Of a stretch of DNA of 26,055 nt, positions 17,603 to 26,055 are shown piece after piece. The notes beneath the pieces were generated by a model. It was not told the DNA's origin. It did not search any database and saw only the letters and a list, made by a program, of their open reading frames with translations. Each line of letters starts with the position of its first letter. The first letter of the stretch is position 1. The translations under genes were made by a program, and so were the position numbers. Origin of the DNA: Thecamonas trahens ATCC 50062 (taxonomy: Eukaryota; Protista; Apusomonadida); NCBI RefSeq assembly GCF_000142905.1, contig NW_013657634.1, positions 268,318 through 294,372 on the forward strand. Reading direction: 5' to 3'.

Positions 17603-18785
17603 CAGCCATAGAGGAGGCCCAGACGGAACCCAGCGTCTCTCGTATACCCTCTAGCGACTCGGTCCGTCTTGTCCGTCCTCTTCGCTCTGAAAGCTGCCCT
17701 CCTCTCGGCAGTCGGCTGCGCCGACCTGCTGATGACGACGATGACGACCGCGCCCAAATCGAGCCGTGGTCGTTGCTTTTGTCGTTGTAGCCATCGTTGT
17801 TGCAGTCATCGCCGTTGCCTGCTGGCTGGGCCATCTGCTGCCGATTCGATACCGTCTCGCGGTGCCTCAGTCTGCGATCTGTCGATGGCTTCATCTGCTT
17901 GCTCTTGGACCGAGTCTGGTCGCTGGCATGCGCACTCGTCACCTGTGACCTCCCTCCGTTTGCTGCCGGTTGTGTATGCAGAGATTCAGTGCTCCAGCTC
18001 GAGGTCGACGAAGCCATCACGGCTCGAGTAGAGGGGTGTCCGAGTTGGGTGCGACGGGCTACACCTGTCGAGTCGCCAGGACTGGCGGCGTGCGGATGGC
18101 GCCTTGGCAGCTCCGACTGTGTCGACACAGTTGGCTCGTGAGGAGCAGGAGCTCATCCATCCCGCCCGTTGATGACGATCCATGATGACGATCATGATGG
18201 GTGTCTTCTTGGCGGCCAATTCCTACCTTGATCGCATGCGTACGCAAGCATGTGGGTCATCCGTGCCAAGCGGCAGCTGCACGGATGTGCTGGCATAGAG
18301 GCTGATGAGACCGTCGAGCCAGCGGATCGACCACTTGGCCGGCAACCAATGGTGTGGCCAGATCAGCTGGTAAACATCGCTGCTCACTCGGGTGCTCATG
18401 TGTCAGCACAGAGTCACCTCATCGCTTGCGAGAGGTCATGCCCGACTGCCGAGTGCCGAGTGCGCGGGCAGAGTTTGGTCAGCAGCCGGCCGCTTCCCGA
18501 GCCGGAGCCACATACACGCACACCCTTGACACTTGACGCAGGCGGGTACACACTTGACGAGATATGTCTGCAAGAGGTAGTGGAAGCTCTGCATCGGCGT
18601 CTGGGTGGTGCCTGCCGACGGCGGCAGGCTCTGGTTGGGCCTTCTGGAAGGAGGTCAAGGCCGACAAGCACAGGCTGTTCACCATGCAGAAGCACAAGAG
18701 CCATGGCAAGTCGAGGTTCTCGGCTTTGGCGTCATCGGTTACCGTATGTGAGTGTGTGTATGGGGGAGGAGTGGGAGGAGTGGGA

Positions 18786-18825
18786 GGGGGGGGGAGGGGG
18801 GGGGGGGGGGGGGGGTGGACTCATG
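18786..18825. repeat. Poly-G / GGGAGG homopurine tract.
   Basis: The sequence is gggaggggggggggagggggggggggggggggggggtgg, followed at 18837-18905 by a (GGTGAT/GGTGGT)n microsatellite. Confidence 0.9.
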
Positions 18826-18979
18826 AGTGGTGATGGTGATGTCGATGGTGATCGGGGTGGTGATGATGATGCTGGTCGGGGTGGTGATGGTGATGATGGT
18901 TGTGCGGGCTATGGCCATGGTGGTTATGCGGGTTGTGTGGGTCGTGGTCATCTGGGTCAAACAGAAAACGGTGCGCGGC

Positions 18980-21160
18980 ATGGTGAACAAAGAGGATCAC
19001 AAGCCGTTCCGCATTCTGATGGACGCAGCGGGTCCGGCGCCCAAGGTTGTGGGCACGTTTGAGGACAAAGTCGCTGCAGAGTCGGCGTGGAAGTTCCTGA
19101 CTGGCGTCATGCTCCCGCTTGTGGATGCCGAGTTTGGCACGGACTTTGACCGCGCCGCCGTTCTTGCCTACCTCGGCATCGAGTTCTCGGACGGGCTCGA
19201 CGAGGACCAGTACATGGAGCTGGCCCGGGTGCGAAACGGATCGGCCGGTGCTGTCGCCGAGTACGAGGCCCGTCTAGCGGCCGAGCAGGCAGAGGCCCTA
19301 CGTGCGGCCGAGGCAGACGGCTCCAAGATCATCATGCTCTCGGTGACCGAGGCCACTGCCCAGGGCCAGATTCTTATGCACGGCGGCGCGGTGCTGGACG
19401 CTGCGCTGGCCAAGGTTCGTGACGAGGCCGGCCCATCGGCGGAGCCTCAAACACCCTCTGGCGGCGACAACGCGGATGGCGCTGATGCTGTGGATAGCAC
19501 CGATGCGGCCGGAGCTGAATCGGGCGCGTCGTCGGACGCGTTTGCGGACGACTCGGACTCGGACGGCGATGAAGCGGGGAGCAGCGCGGCACCCGTACAG
19601 CCTGTGCCGGAGCAGGAGTCTGTGCCGGACGAGGTCAAAGTCGATGCGCCTACCAACGATGATGAGGGCGAGGCCGTGGAAACGACCACAGCCGCAGAGC
19701 CAGTGCCGCTCTCACCCGAGGTATGCCACGCCATTGTAACGCTGGTCATCCTGCACACGCCGCTGGTTGTGATGGACGCCAACGATCTCCAACCGCGGCT
19801 GTGCGAGCGGTTCTCGCTCCCGGAAGCCTCACTCGCAGCCATTGTCAAGACCGCCGGCGAGGGCGAGGATTATCGGCAGCCGCAGATCCAGGTGGCGCTG
19901 GAGACGCTGCTGCGCGAGAACGTGGACCGGGCTGCGCTCCTCCGCGAGGTCCTTGTCCTCGCTCTGGCTTCGTCCAAGTACGACGCACGGATGCGGCAGT
20001 CGCTGCGGCTGATGGCGCGGTCGGCCGGAGTCGACTGGATGGCGTTTGTCAAGGCCGAGGATGAGCTGGCGACGATGCTGCGGACGATGCTGACGGCCGA
20101 AGTCGACGAGACGGTCAAGGCCAAGTCGGCGTCGTCGGGTCGGGCATGGAAGATGGGCGGGGCGGCGCTGCTCGGCGGAGCGGCACTGTTTGTGACCGGC
20201 GGCCTTGCGGCGCCGCTGGTGGCGACCGCGGTCGGGACCGGGATGGTGCTCGGCGGGGCGGCGGCGACGACAACAACAACGGTCATGGTTGGCGCGTATC
20301 TCATCACGCCGACGGTGCTTGGCACGGCCGGCGCCGGGCTGTCCTACTACAAGATGGACAAGCGGACGGCTGGGCTCGACGAGTTTGGCTTTGTCTCGGC
20401 CCGTGGCGAGGGGGTGAGCGCCGGCGAGGGCATGCACGTCACGATCTCGGTCTCGGGCTGGCTTGAGGCCGAGGAAGAGGCCGGCAGTGAGTGGTCCAAC
20501 GTATACACGGCGGCGCCGCACGGCGAGTCGTACGTGCTCCGGTGGGAGTCGGACCATCTGCGGACGCTTGGTGAGGCGTACCGCTCGTTCATTCGCGAGT
20601 CGGCCAAGTCAATGGTGGTGGGCGAGATCCTCAAGCGGACCATTCTCGGCGCAGCGTCGTTCCCGCTCCAAGTCCTCGGCTTTGCCAACATCATCGACAA
20701 CCCGTGGTCGATGGTCATGGATCGGGCGCGCAAGGCCGGCAACCTTCTCGCGCACGTCCTCACCGACGCGCATCACGGGGCGCGGCCGGTGACACTTGTT
20801 GGCTACTCGGCCGGCGCACTTGTCATCTTCCACGCGCTGCGGGCGCTCGCGGATGCCGGCGTCGTCGACGTCGTCGACAACGTCGTTCTCGTCGGCGCGC
20901 CCATCCACGAGTCGTCAAGCGAGTGGGCGCGGGTCCGCGCGGTGGTCGGCGGCAACTTTGTCAACGCGTACCAGACCAGCGACTGGATCCTCGGCATCCT
21001 CTCGCGGGTCTCCCATTCGACCAAGCCCGCTGCCGGGCTCTCGCCCATCTACGTTCCTGGCATCATCAACGTCAACCTCGATGGGCTTGTCCAGGGCCAC
21101 ATGGACTACAAGACCGCGTTGCAGGACATCATGCTCATTCTGTTCCCGTGGCTTGTGTAA
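18980..21160 (+). CDS. DUF726 / TMCO4-like protein (alpha/beta-hydrolase-like with transmembrane glycine-rich segments).
   Basis: The C-terminal region RPVTLVGYSAGALVIFHALRAL...VVLVGAPI (about 20781-20900) matches the DUF726 family signature seen in TMCO4 and yeast Mil1. Upstream hydrophobic G/A-rich TM segments read GGAALLGGAALFVTGGLAAPLVATAVGTGMVLGG. The start is taken as ATG 18980 (MVNKEDHKPF). The ORF-track start at 18827 lies in a GGTGAT microsatellite (MVMVMSMV...). Confidence 0.75.
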   Translation: MVNKEDHKPFRILMDAAGPAPKVVGTFEDKVAAESAWKFLTGVMLPLVDAEFGTDFDRAAVLAYLGIEFSDGLDEDQYMELARVRNGSAGAVAEYEARLAAEQAEALRAAEADGSKIIMLSVTEATAQGQILMHGGAVLDAALAKVRDEAGPSAEPQTPSGGDNADGADAVDSTDAAGAESGASSDAFADDSDSDGDEAGSSAAPVQPVPEQESVPDEVKVDAPTNDDEGEAVETTTAAEPVPLSPEVCHAIVTLVILHTPLVVMDANDLQPRLCERFSLPEASLAAIVKTAGEGEDYRQPQIQVALETLLRENVDRAALLREVLVLALASSKYDARMRQSLRLMARSAGVDWMAFVKAEDELATMLRTMLTAEVDETVKAKSASSGRAWKMGGAALLGGAALFVTGGLAAPLVATAVGTGMVLGGAAATTTTTVMVGAYLITPTVLGTAGAGLSYYKMDKRTAGLDEFGFVSARGEGVSAGEGMHVTISVSGWLEAEEEAGSEWSNVYTAAPHGESYVLRWESDHLRTLGEAYRSFIRESAKSMVVGEILKRTILGAASFPLQVLGFANIIDNPWSMVMDRARKAGNLLAHVLTDAHHGARPVTLVGYSAGALVIFHALRALADAGVVDVVDNVVLVGAPIHESSSEWARVRAVVGGNFVNAYQTSDWILGILSRVSHSTKPAAGLSPIYVPGIINVNLDGLVQGHMDYKTALQDIMLILFPWLV

Positions 21161-21284
21161 ACCTTGTTCCTGCGGGCCGAGCCCGATCACCGACCCAGCT
21201 GGCGGTCAACACAATCCCTAGCCACTTGACAGAGTGAGTACACACATTGATTGTATCATCATACTTTTATCTCCATCATCCCGA

Positions 21285-21347
21285 TGGCAGCTGGTAGCTG
21301 GCAGCTGGTAGCTGGCAGCAAGTAGTTGGTAGCTGGCAGCTGGTAGC
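21285..21347. repeat. 14-bp tandem repeat (TGGCAGCTGGTAGC)x~4.5. Each unit carries a CAGCTG E-box palindrome.
   Basis: Direct repeat 275-340 bp upstream of the ATG at 21622. It is followed by a GCAGC-rich stretch and a (CA)n tract at 21470-21512. Confidence 0.85.
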
Positions 21348-21478
21348 CCGCAGCAGCCCCAGCAGCGGCAGCCGGCGGCCGGCAGAGCCAACCGGCAGCC
21401 GTTCCCCAACGACCTCACCGCCCGACCCCACCACTCTCACAGCCCAGGGACCCACCCCGCCACACCCACGCACACCCA

Positions 21479-21510
<32 letters not shown>

Positions 21511-21621
21511 GGGAGTGAGCATATCCCCCTGTGTGGAGGAAGCAGTTGTAGTTGCAGACTCTGTGGCCACGGGGGCCGCATTCGTAGCACCACCACCACA
21601 GGGCAGAGGGGGGAGCAAGTC

Positions 21622-24600
21622 ATGGACAGGAGCCGAGACAGGGAGGGGGGGAGCAAAGGGGAGGGGGGTACCATGTCCATGAACAAAGACGGGATGGGCA
21701 TGGGCATGGGCGTGGAGGCGGACATGGACATGGCCACGGAGGCGGGCGTGGACGTGGGCGCGGACATAGGCTTGGACACGGGCATCGTAACGGGCACGGA
21801 GGCTGGCATTGTCAGGGGCGCAGACACGGGCATGGATGTGGCTCTCACGCCGCCGACTGTGGACCACGTCCAGGCAACAGGTCGGGCCCTGGTCGATGTG
21901 GTTAAGCAACAGGCAGAGGAGATCAAGGTGCTCAAGGCTCAACTGGATGGTGCCAACCGGCAGCTAGTGTTGGCGGAGGAGGAGAAAGGCGCTGTCAAGC
22001 AGCTGCTCGTCAAGACGGAAGTCAACTTGGCCAACCAGGTCGCGGCCAGAAAGACGCTGGCCAAAAGAGTTGTCGCCGTCTTGGATGCTCTCCGGACTGG
22101 CGTTCTTGATCTGGCACATGTCACCGCGGCGCTGATGGATGGTTGCTCTCCTGAGACTGATGAGACTGTGTCGGGGGAAGACATTGTCGAGCCCGTTGCC
22201 GAGAATCGGCCGCAGATGCGTAAGTGGCGGCAGGGCACGTCAGGATTCAAGACCTCGCCGGCACTGGAGAAGCTCAAGGCACGTCAAGAAGCGATGCGTA
22301 AGCAGCGCGCGGCGGCGGCAGCAGCCGCTGACGCCGACGCCGACGCCGACGATGGCGACGGCGATGGCGATAGCTCCGACTCTTATGGTTCGGTTGTCGA
22401 GCACGACGATGAGCCTGCAGCCGAGGTCAAGACCGAGGCTCGGCCACAGATGCGCAAGTGGCGGCAGGGCACGTCAGGATTCAAGACCTCGCCGGCACTG
22501 GAGAAGCTCAAGGCACGTCAAGAAGCGATGCGTAAGCAACGCGCGGCGGCGGCTGCTGCCGCCGCCGACGCCGACGCCGACGCCGACGATGGCGACGGCG
22601 ATGGCGATAGCTCCGACTCTTATGGTTCGGTTGTCGAGCACGACGATGAGCCTGCAGCCGAGGTCAAGGCCGAAGCTCGGCCACAGATGCGCAAGTGGCG
22701 GCAGGGCACGTCAGGATTCAAGACCTCGCCGGCACTGGAGAAGCTCAAGGCACGTCAAGAAGCGATGCGTAAGCAACGCGCGGCGGCGGCTGCTGCCGCC
22801 GCCGACGCCGACGCCGACGCCGACGATGGCGACGGCGATGGCGATAGCTCCGACTCTTATGGTTCGGTTGTCGAGCACGACGATGAGCCTGCAGTCGAGG
22901 TCAAGGCCGAAGCTCGGCCACAGATGCGCAAGTGGCGGCAGGGCACGTCAGGATTCAAGACCTCGCCGGCACTGGAGAAGCTCAAGGCACGTCAAGAAGC
23001 GATGCGTAAGCAACGCGCGGCGGCGGCTGCCGCCGCTGACGCCGACGCCGACGCCGACGATGGCGACGGCGATGGCGATAGCTCCGACTCTTATGGTTCG
23101 GTTGTCGAGCACGACGACGGCTCCGAGTCAGCCGACTCGGTTGTCGAGCACGACGACAAGCCTGTTGGCGAGACCCGCTCATGGCGTGCAGGCTTCAACA
23201 CGTCGCCAGCACTCGAGCGGCTGACCGAGACACGGAGCGCCGCTGCGGGCAGAGTACACCCTGCGGCCAACGCCGGAGGCACTGACGATGCTGCAAAGCC
23301 GGTCGAGCGCCCGCAGATGCGCAAGTGGCGCCAAGGCACCACAGGATTCAAGACCTCGCCGGCGCTAGGGAAGCTCAAGGCGCGGCAGGAGGCTATGCGC
23401 AAGCAGCGCGCAGCTGCGGCTGTGGCTGCGACTACGGCTGCTGTCGCTGACGCGGACGCTAGTGATGACTCGGACTCGTGTGGCTCGGTTGTCGAGCGCA
23501 GCTCCGAGGGCTCGAGCTCGGCGGGCTCGATGGTGGACAACGGCTCGCCAGCGCCGCGCGAGATCCTCGGTCTTCCAGCCGAGTCCCCGCCGAACCGCCG
23601 CGCCGGGCGGCCCGAGTCGCTGCGCGACCGACGCCTGCGGCTGCGCAACACCCGGCGGGCGACGTCGTCGGACCACACCATGGACGCGGCCATGCGCGCC
23701 GCCATGCTCCGCGCCGGCCGCACCATGTCGGCGTCGGCCGCCGAAGAGCGGTTCGAGGAGCAGCAGAGCCAGTCCGAGCTCGAGGCTGCAGCCAACGCTG
23801 CGCACAATGAGGCGAACTCGACAACGCTCTACGACAGCAGCAGCGACGGTGATGACGATGTCATCGTCGTCAATGCAGCTACGAGTGGCATCGCCAGAGG
23901 CCACTCCTGGCTCGACGTCGAGCGCCCGCGCGGCGAGGCCATCGACTTTGAGCACAAGCCCAATGCCCGCGGCCTTAACGTCTCGTTCTCGTCGAACCTC
24001 TCCCACATCTTCGGCGAGACGTCATCCGACGACGACGACGATGTACCCGACGCCAGCGCCACCACTGCCGAGCTCTTGCGGCAGCTGGTCGAGGCTCGCA
24101 AGGAAAACATTGATCTCGCGCGAACGGTCTCTGAGCTCACGCTCGAGGTGAGCCGGCTGACGCAGTCACTCACCGCAGCCTCGGCGGCGAAAGCGTCATT
24201 GGCTGCGGGCGCGGGCCTCATAGTTGCAGGCGTGCAGACCGAGCCGCGGATTGTGGACAACGTGGCGGTGCAGACGCTCCCGCCTGACGTCGCCCATGTG
24301 AGTGTGCAGACCGAGGTGGAACGCGACGGCGGGCCGGTGAGTGCGGCTGGAGCCAGCAACGTCAAGCTCGACGAGCTCTCGTCGCAGTTGCATCTGGCGC
24401 AAGCGCAGAACGAGGAGCTGATGCGGATGCTGCGGTCGCCGTCGCTCTCGCTCTCGCCGATGCCGCGGTCCCCGTCGGCAGCGTCGCCTCTGACGCCTGT
24501 GACGGCGCGGGCGCGGTCCTCGTTCTCGCGCTCGCCGTCGCTCACGGGATCATCGCCGGTCCCGCTCGACTCGCCGGCGCGGGCACGGGCGCGGGCAGCG

Positions 24601-24666
24601 TTTGAGCGGCGGCTGGCGCGGACAGCGCGGTACGTCCACCAGCAGGAACTCCGACCTCTATCGTAA
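21622..24666 (+). CDS. Novel low-complexity coiled-coil protein with four near-identical 79-aa tandem repeats (RPQMRKWRQGTSGFKTSPALEKLKARQEAMRKQRAAAAAA-DADADADDGDGDGDSSDSYGSVVEHDDEPAAEVKAEA) and a fifth degenerate copy.
   Basis: A 1014-codon ORF. It carries in-frame 237-bp units at 22207, 22441, 22678 and 22915, with more than 97% nucleotide identity. A diverged copy sits at about 23311-23500. The N-terminus is a degenerate 12-nt periodic G/D/M-rich region (21706-21850). Heptad coiled-coil segments flank the repeats. The C-terminus is S/P/R-rich. I recognise no conserved domain. The start codon is uncertain. Confidence 0.6.
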   Translation: MDRSRDREGGSKGEGGTMSMNKDGMGMGMGVEADMDMATEAGVDVGADIGLDTGIVTGTEAGIVRGADTGMDVALTPPTVDHVQATGRALVDVVKQQAEEIKVLKAQLDGANRQLVLAEEEKGAVKQLLVKTEVNLANQVAARKTLAKRVVAVLDALRTGVLDLAHVTAALMDGCSPETDETVSGEDIVEPVAENRPQMRKWRQGTSGFKTSPALEKLKARQEAMRKQRAAAAAAADADADADDGDGDGDSSDSYGSVVEHDDEPAAEVKTEARPQMRKWRQGTSGFKTSPALEKLKARQEAMRKQRAAAAAAAADADADADDGDGDGDSSDSYGSVVEHDDEPAAEVKAEARPQMRKWRQGTSGFKTSPALEKLKARQEAMRKQRAAAAAAAADADADADDGDGDGDSSDSYGSVVEHDDEPAVEVKAEARPQMRKWRQGTSGFKTSPALEKLKARQEAMRKQRAAAAAAADADADADDGDGDGDSSDSYGSVVEHDDGSESADSVVEHDDKPVGETRSWRAGFNTSPALERLTETRSAAAGRVHPAANAGGTDDAAKPVERPQMRKWRQGTTGFKTSPALGKLKARQEAMRKQRAAAAVAATTAAVADADASDDSDSCGSVVERSSEGSSSAGSMVDNGSPAPREILGLPAESPPNRRAGRPESLRDRRLRLRNTRRATSSDHTMDAAMRAAMLRAGRTMSASAAEERFEEQQSQSELEAAANAAHNEANSTTLYDSSSDGDDDVIVVNAATSGIARGHSWLDVERPRGEAIDFEHKPNARGLNVSFSSNLSHIFGETSSDDDDDVPDASATTAELLRQLVEARKENIDLARTVSELTLEVSRLTQSLTAASAAKASLAAGAGLIVAGVQTEPRIVDNVAVQTLPPDVAHVSVQTEVERDGGPVSAAGASNVKLDELSSQLHLAQAQNEELMRMLRSPSLSLSPMPRSPSAASPLTPVTARARSSFSRSPSLTGSSPVPLDSPARARARAAFERRLARTARYVHQQELRPLS
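22207..23118 (+). repeat. Coding minisatellite: 4 x ~237-bp near-identical tandem units inside the CDS 21622-24666.
   Basis: Units 2 and 3 differ by about 1 nt (gcagccgag versus gcagtcgag). Unit 1 is 3 nt shorter. Confidence 0.95.
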
Positions 24667-24715
24667 ACACGTGCACTGCAGCGTCGTGTGTGAGCGGGTG
24701 GATGTGAAGTGGTAT

Positions 24716-25707
24716 TTACTCGGAAGCAGCAGGCGCCTCGGCAGTGGCCGCAGCCTCGCCATCAAGCGTCTTCTGCTTCTTGGCGGGCGCCGCGCCGTCG
24801 TCGCCGGCTGCGGCGTCGTCCTCGGCCTTGCGCTTGGGGGCAGCGTGCTGGATGCCCTTGGCGCCCATGCGCGAGATGCGGCCGCGGACGCGGGCCTCGA
24901 CAACGCCGTGCCAGTACTTGGTCTCGGCCTCGCCGTCGACAACAGCAACAGCAAAGACCTTGTCGGCCAGGGTGCGCTTGGTATCGTCGGTGGAGAGGTC
25001 GGCGACGGCGGCGGCGGCGACAGGGGCGGCGAAGCGGATGTAGCCCTCGGTCTGGCCGCGCGAAAAGTCGACGCGCTGGACGTCGCCATAGGCGCGGAAG
25101 ATGGGGAGCATGTCTTCGCGGGAGATGCCCTCAGAGGCCAGCTCGGTCACGTGAACAACACAGCCGGGGATGACGTCAAAGGCGGCGATCTCAGCGGCAA
25201 CCTCGGCAGCGATGGCCTCCTCGGTCGGCGGCGCAGCGGCAGCCTTGGATGCGTTGCGGCGCTCGATCTTCTTGGCGCGGGCACGGGTGAGGTAGTCGAG
25301 CTTCATCTCCATGGCCAGCGGCTCCAGCTCGGGCGCAGCGCGGATCTCCTTGGCAATGATGGCCTTGGCCTCGTCGACGGTGGCAAACTCGACAAAGGCC
25401 GAGCCCTTGAACAGATGGGTCTGCGGGGTGCGGCGGAGGCGGACGGAGAGCACCTTGCCGTGCTCAGCAAAGAGCTCGGTGATCGACTCGATGGTCGTCA
25501 CCTCACCATCACGAACAAAGCCCTTGGCGTAAATCGACCGCTCATCGATGTCGAGCTTGGCCGGCAGCGGCTGAGCCCGACGGACGTTCTTGCCGTCGTC
25601 CGAGACAACCAGGGCGTCCGACTCGCCCAGAGCCGCCGCCAGGGCCTCGTTGTCGAGTCCCATCTGCTGCACACGCTTGAACTTGGCGAGCTCCTCAAGA
25701 GGAACAA
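24716..25707 (-). CDS. La protein (La motif + RRM + C-terminal basic NLS), exon 2.
   Basis: After splicing the protein reads ..NSDG-F-VPLEELAKFKRVQQ, which resembles the La motif ..KLDEGWVPLEIMIKFNRL. An RRM follows (SIYAKGF...KGSAFVEFATVDEAKA), then a second RRM-like region and a KRK/KKQK tail. The stop lies 49 bp from the stop of the repeat-protein gene. Confidence 0.85.
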
Positions 25708-25869
25708 CTACATATGGATGTGGATGCAAGTGAGTGGGTGTGGTCAATGACCTTGGTGGGGGGAGGGGAGGGCGGAGGAGGGCAGTTTGCGGAGATGATG
25801 GCCATCTCGGCTCATCCCAGACGGCAAGGGCCAGGGCATGGGTGGGATGAGGGGCAGGGCAGTGCGTAC
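25708..25869 (-). other. Spliceosomal intron (162 nt, phase 1) in the La gene. Donor GTACGC, acceptor TATGTAG.
   Basis: On the minus strand the junction reads gac ggc t|GTACGC ... tatgtag|tt gtt cct. Removing the intron deletes an in-frame P/H-rich low-complexity insert (CTHCPAPHPTH...HLHPHPY) from the middle of the conserved La motif. It creates codon TTT (F), which aligns with the W of the La consensus. The intron is C-rich on the transcribed strand. Confidence 0.8.
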
Positions 25870-25990
25870 AGCCGTCAGAGTTCTGGGCAGTGAGGTTAAG
25901 GAGGTACTTGTCACGCGGGAGGTTCGAGTCGGAAAAGTAGAACTCGATCTGCTTGCGGGCGCGGGCTGCGGCGGAAGTCGTGTCAGCCAT
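25870..25990 (-). CDS. La protein, exon 1 (MADTTSAAARARKQIEFYFSDSNLPRDKYLLNLTAQNSDG).
   Basis: The La-motif core QIEFYFSDSNLPRDKYL is present. The ATG at complement 25988-25990 is directly preceded, on the transcribed strand, by a poly-C tract (the + strand G-tract at 25992-26029). Confidence 0.85.
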
Positions 25991-25991
25991 G

Positions 25992-26029
25992 GTTGGGAGG
26001 GGGAGGGGGAGGGGAGGGGGGGGGGGGGT
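25992..26029. repeat. Homopurine GGGAGGGGGAGGGG...G17 tract abutting the La start codon.
   Basis: The sequence is ggttgggagggggagggggaggggagggggggggggggggg. Confidence 0.9.
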
Positions 26030-26055
26030 AACGGAGAGAGGGCGTACGCAGTGCA

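Noticed and set aside
18250-19062. A 270-aa plus-strand ORF upstream of the TMCO4-like gene.
   Set aside because: It runs through the poly-G tract and a microsatellite and is frame-incompatible with the TMCO4-like gene. The composition is typical of a non-coding GC-rich spacer.
21706-21850. A degenerate 12-nt periodic repeat (GGACATGGACATGGCCACGGAGGCGGGCGTGGACGTGGGCGCGGACATAGGC...) as a separate non-coding element.
   Set aside because: It is in frame within the 21622-24666 ORF, encoding G-x-D-x type low-complexity. It is most simply a coding low-complexity region, not an independent feature.
1-26055. Prokaryotic-type systems (CRISPR arrays, restriction-modification or toxin-antitoxin operons, integrons, IS elements).
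   Set aside because: The sequence is plainly eukaryotic. It has spliceosomal introns, a La protein, myosin, MVP and ALG9. There are no direct-repeat and spacer arrays. The tandem repeats present are micro- or minisatellites with no spacers. No transposase or integrase-like ORFs were seen.

Overview
This is GC-rich (~65%) nuclear DNA from a compact-genome unicellular eukaryote (a protist, not a prokaryote). It has spliceosomal introns and microsatellites, and no operons or CRISPR arrays. The window is gene-dense. Ten protein-coding genes alternate in divergent and convergent orientation, and convergent stop codons lie only 3 to 69 bp apart.

Genes in order:
1. A partial first exon of an MGGKPSK (N-myristoylation-type) protein, minus strand, 24-98.
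2. Major vault protein (MVP), 712-3523 with one phase-0 intron at 730-955.
3. A multi-domain PDI-family ER protein with degenerate active sites and a C-terminal KQEL, minus strand, 3593-5988, carrying an internal frameshift.
4. ALG9 alpha-1,2-mannosyltransferase, 6514-8379.
5. An F-box/WD40 protein, minus strand, 8397-9824.
6. A myosin heavy chain with a C-terminal CAP-Gly domain, 10209-14846.
7. An NADPH-oxidase/ferric-reductase with a ~400 aa N-terminal extension, minus strand, 14850-17602, carrying a frameshift in an A5 run.
8. A DUF726/TMCO4-like protein, 18980-21160.
9. A novel coiled-coil protein with four near-identical 79-aa tandem repeats, 21622-24666.
10. A La protein, minus strand, 24716-25990 with one 162-nt intron.

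Non-coding structure includes a 17-bp x17 minisatellite in a divergent promoter, a tandem CAGCTG (E-box) array, homopurine G-tracts at several gene 5' ends, and a recurring GTACGC splice donor on C-rich introns.

I found no evidence of a prokaryote-style defence or mobile system. The most unusual items are the myosin-CAP-Gly fusion, the novel repeat protein, the 3-bp myosin/NOX stop spacing, and the two homopolymer frameshifts.
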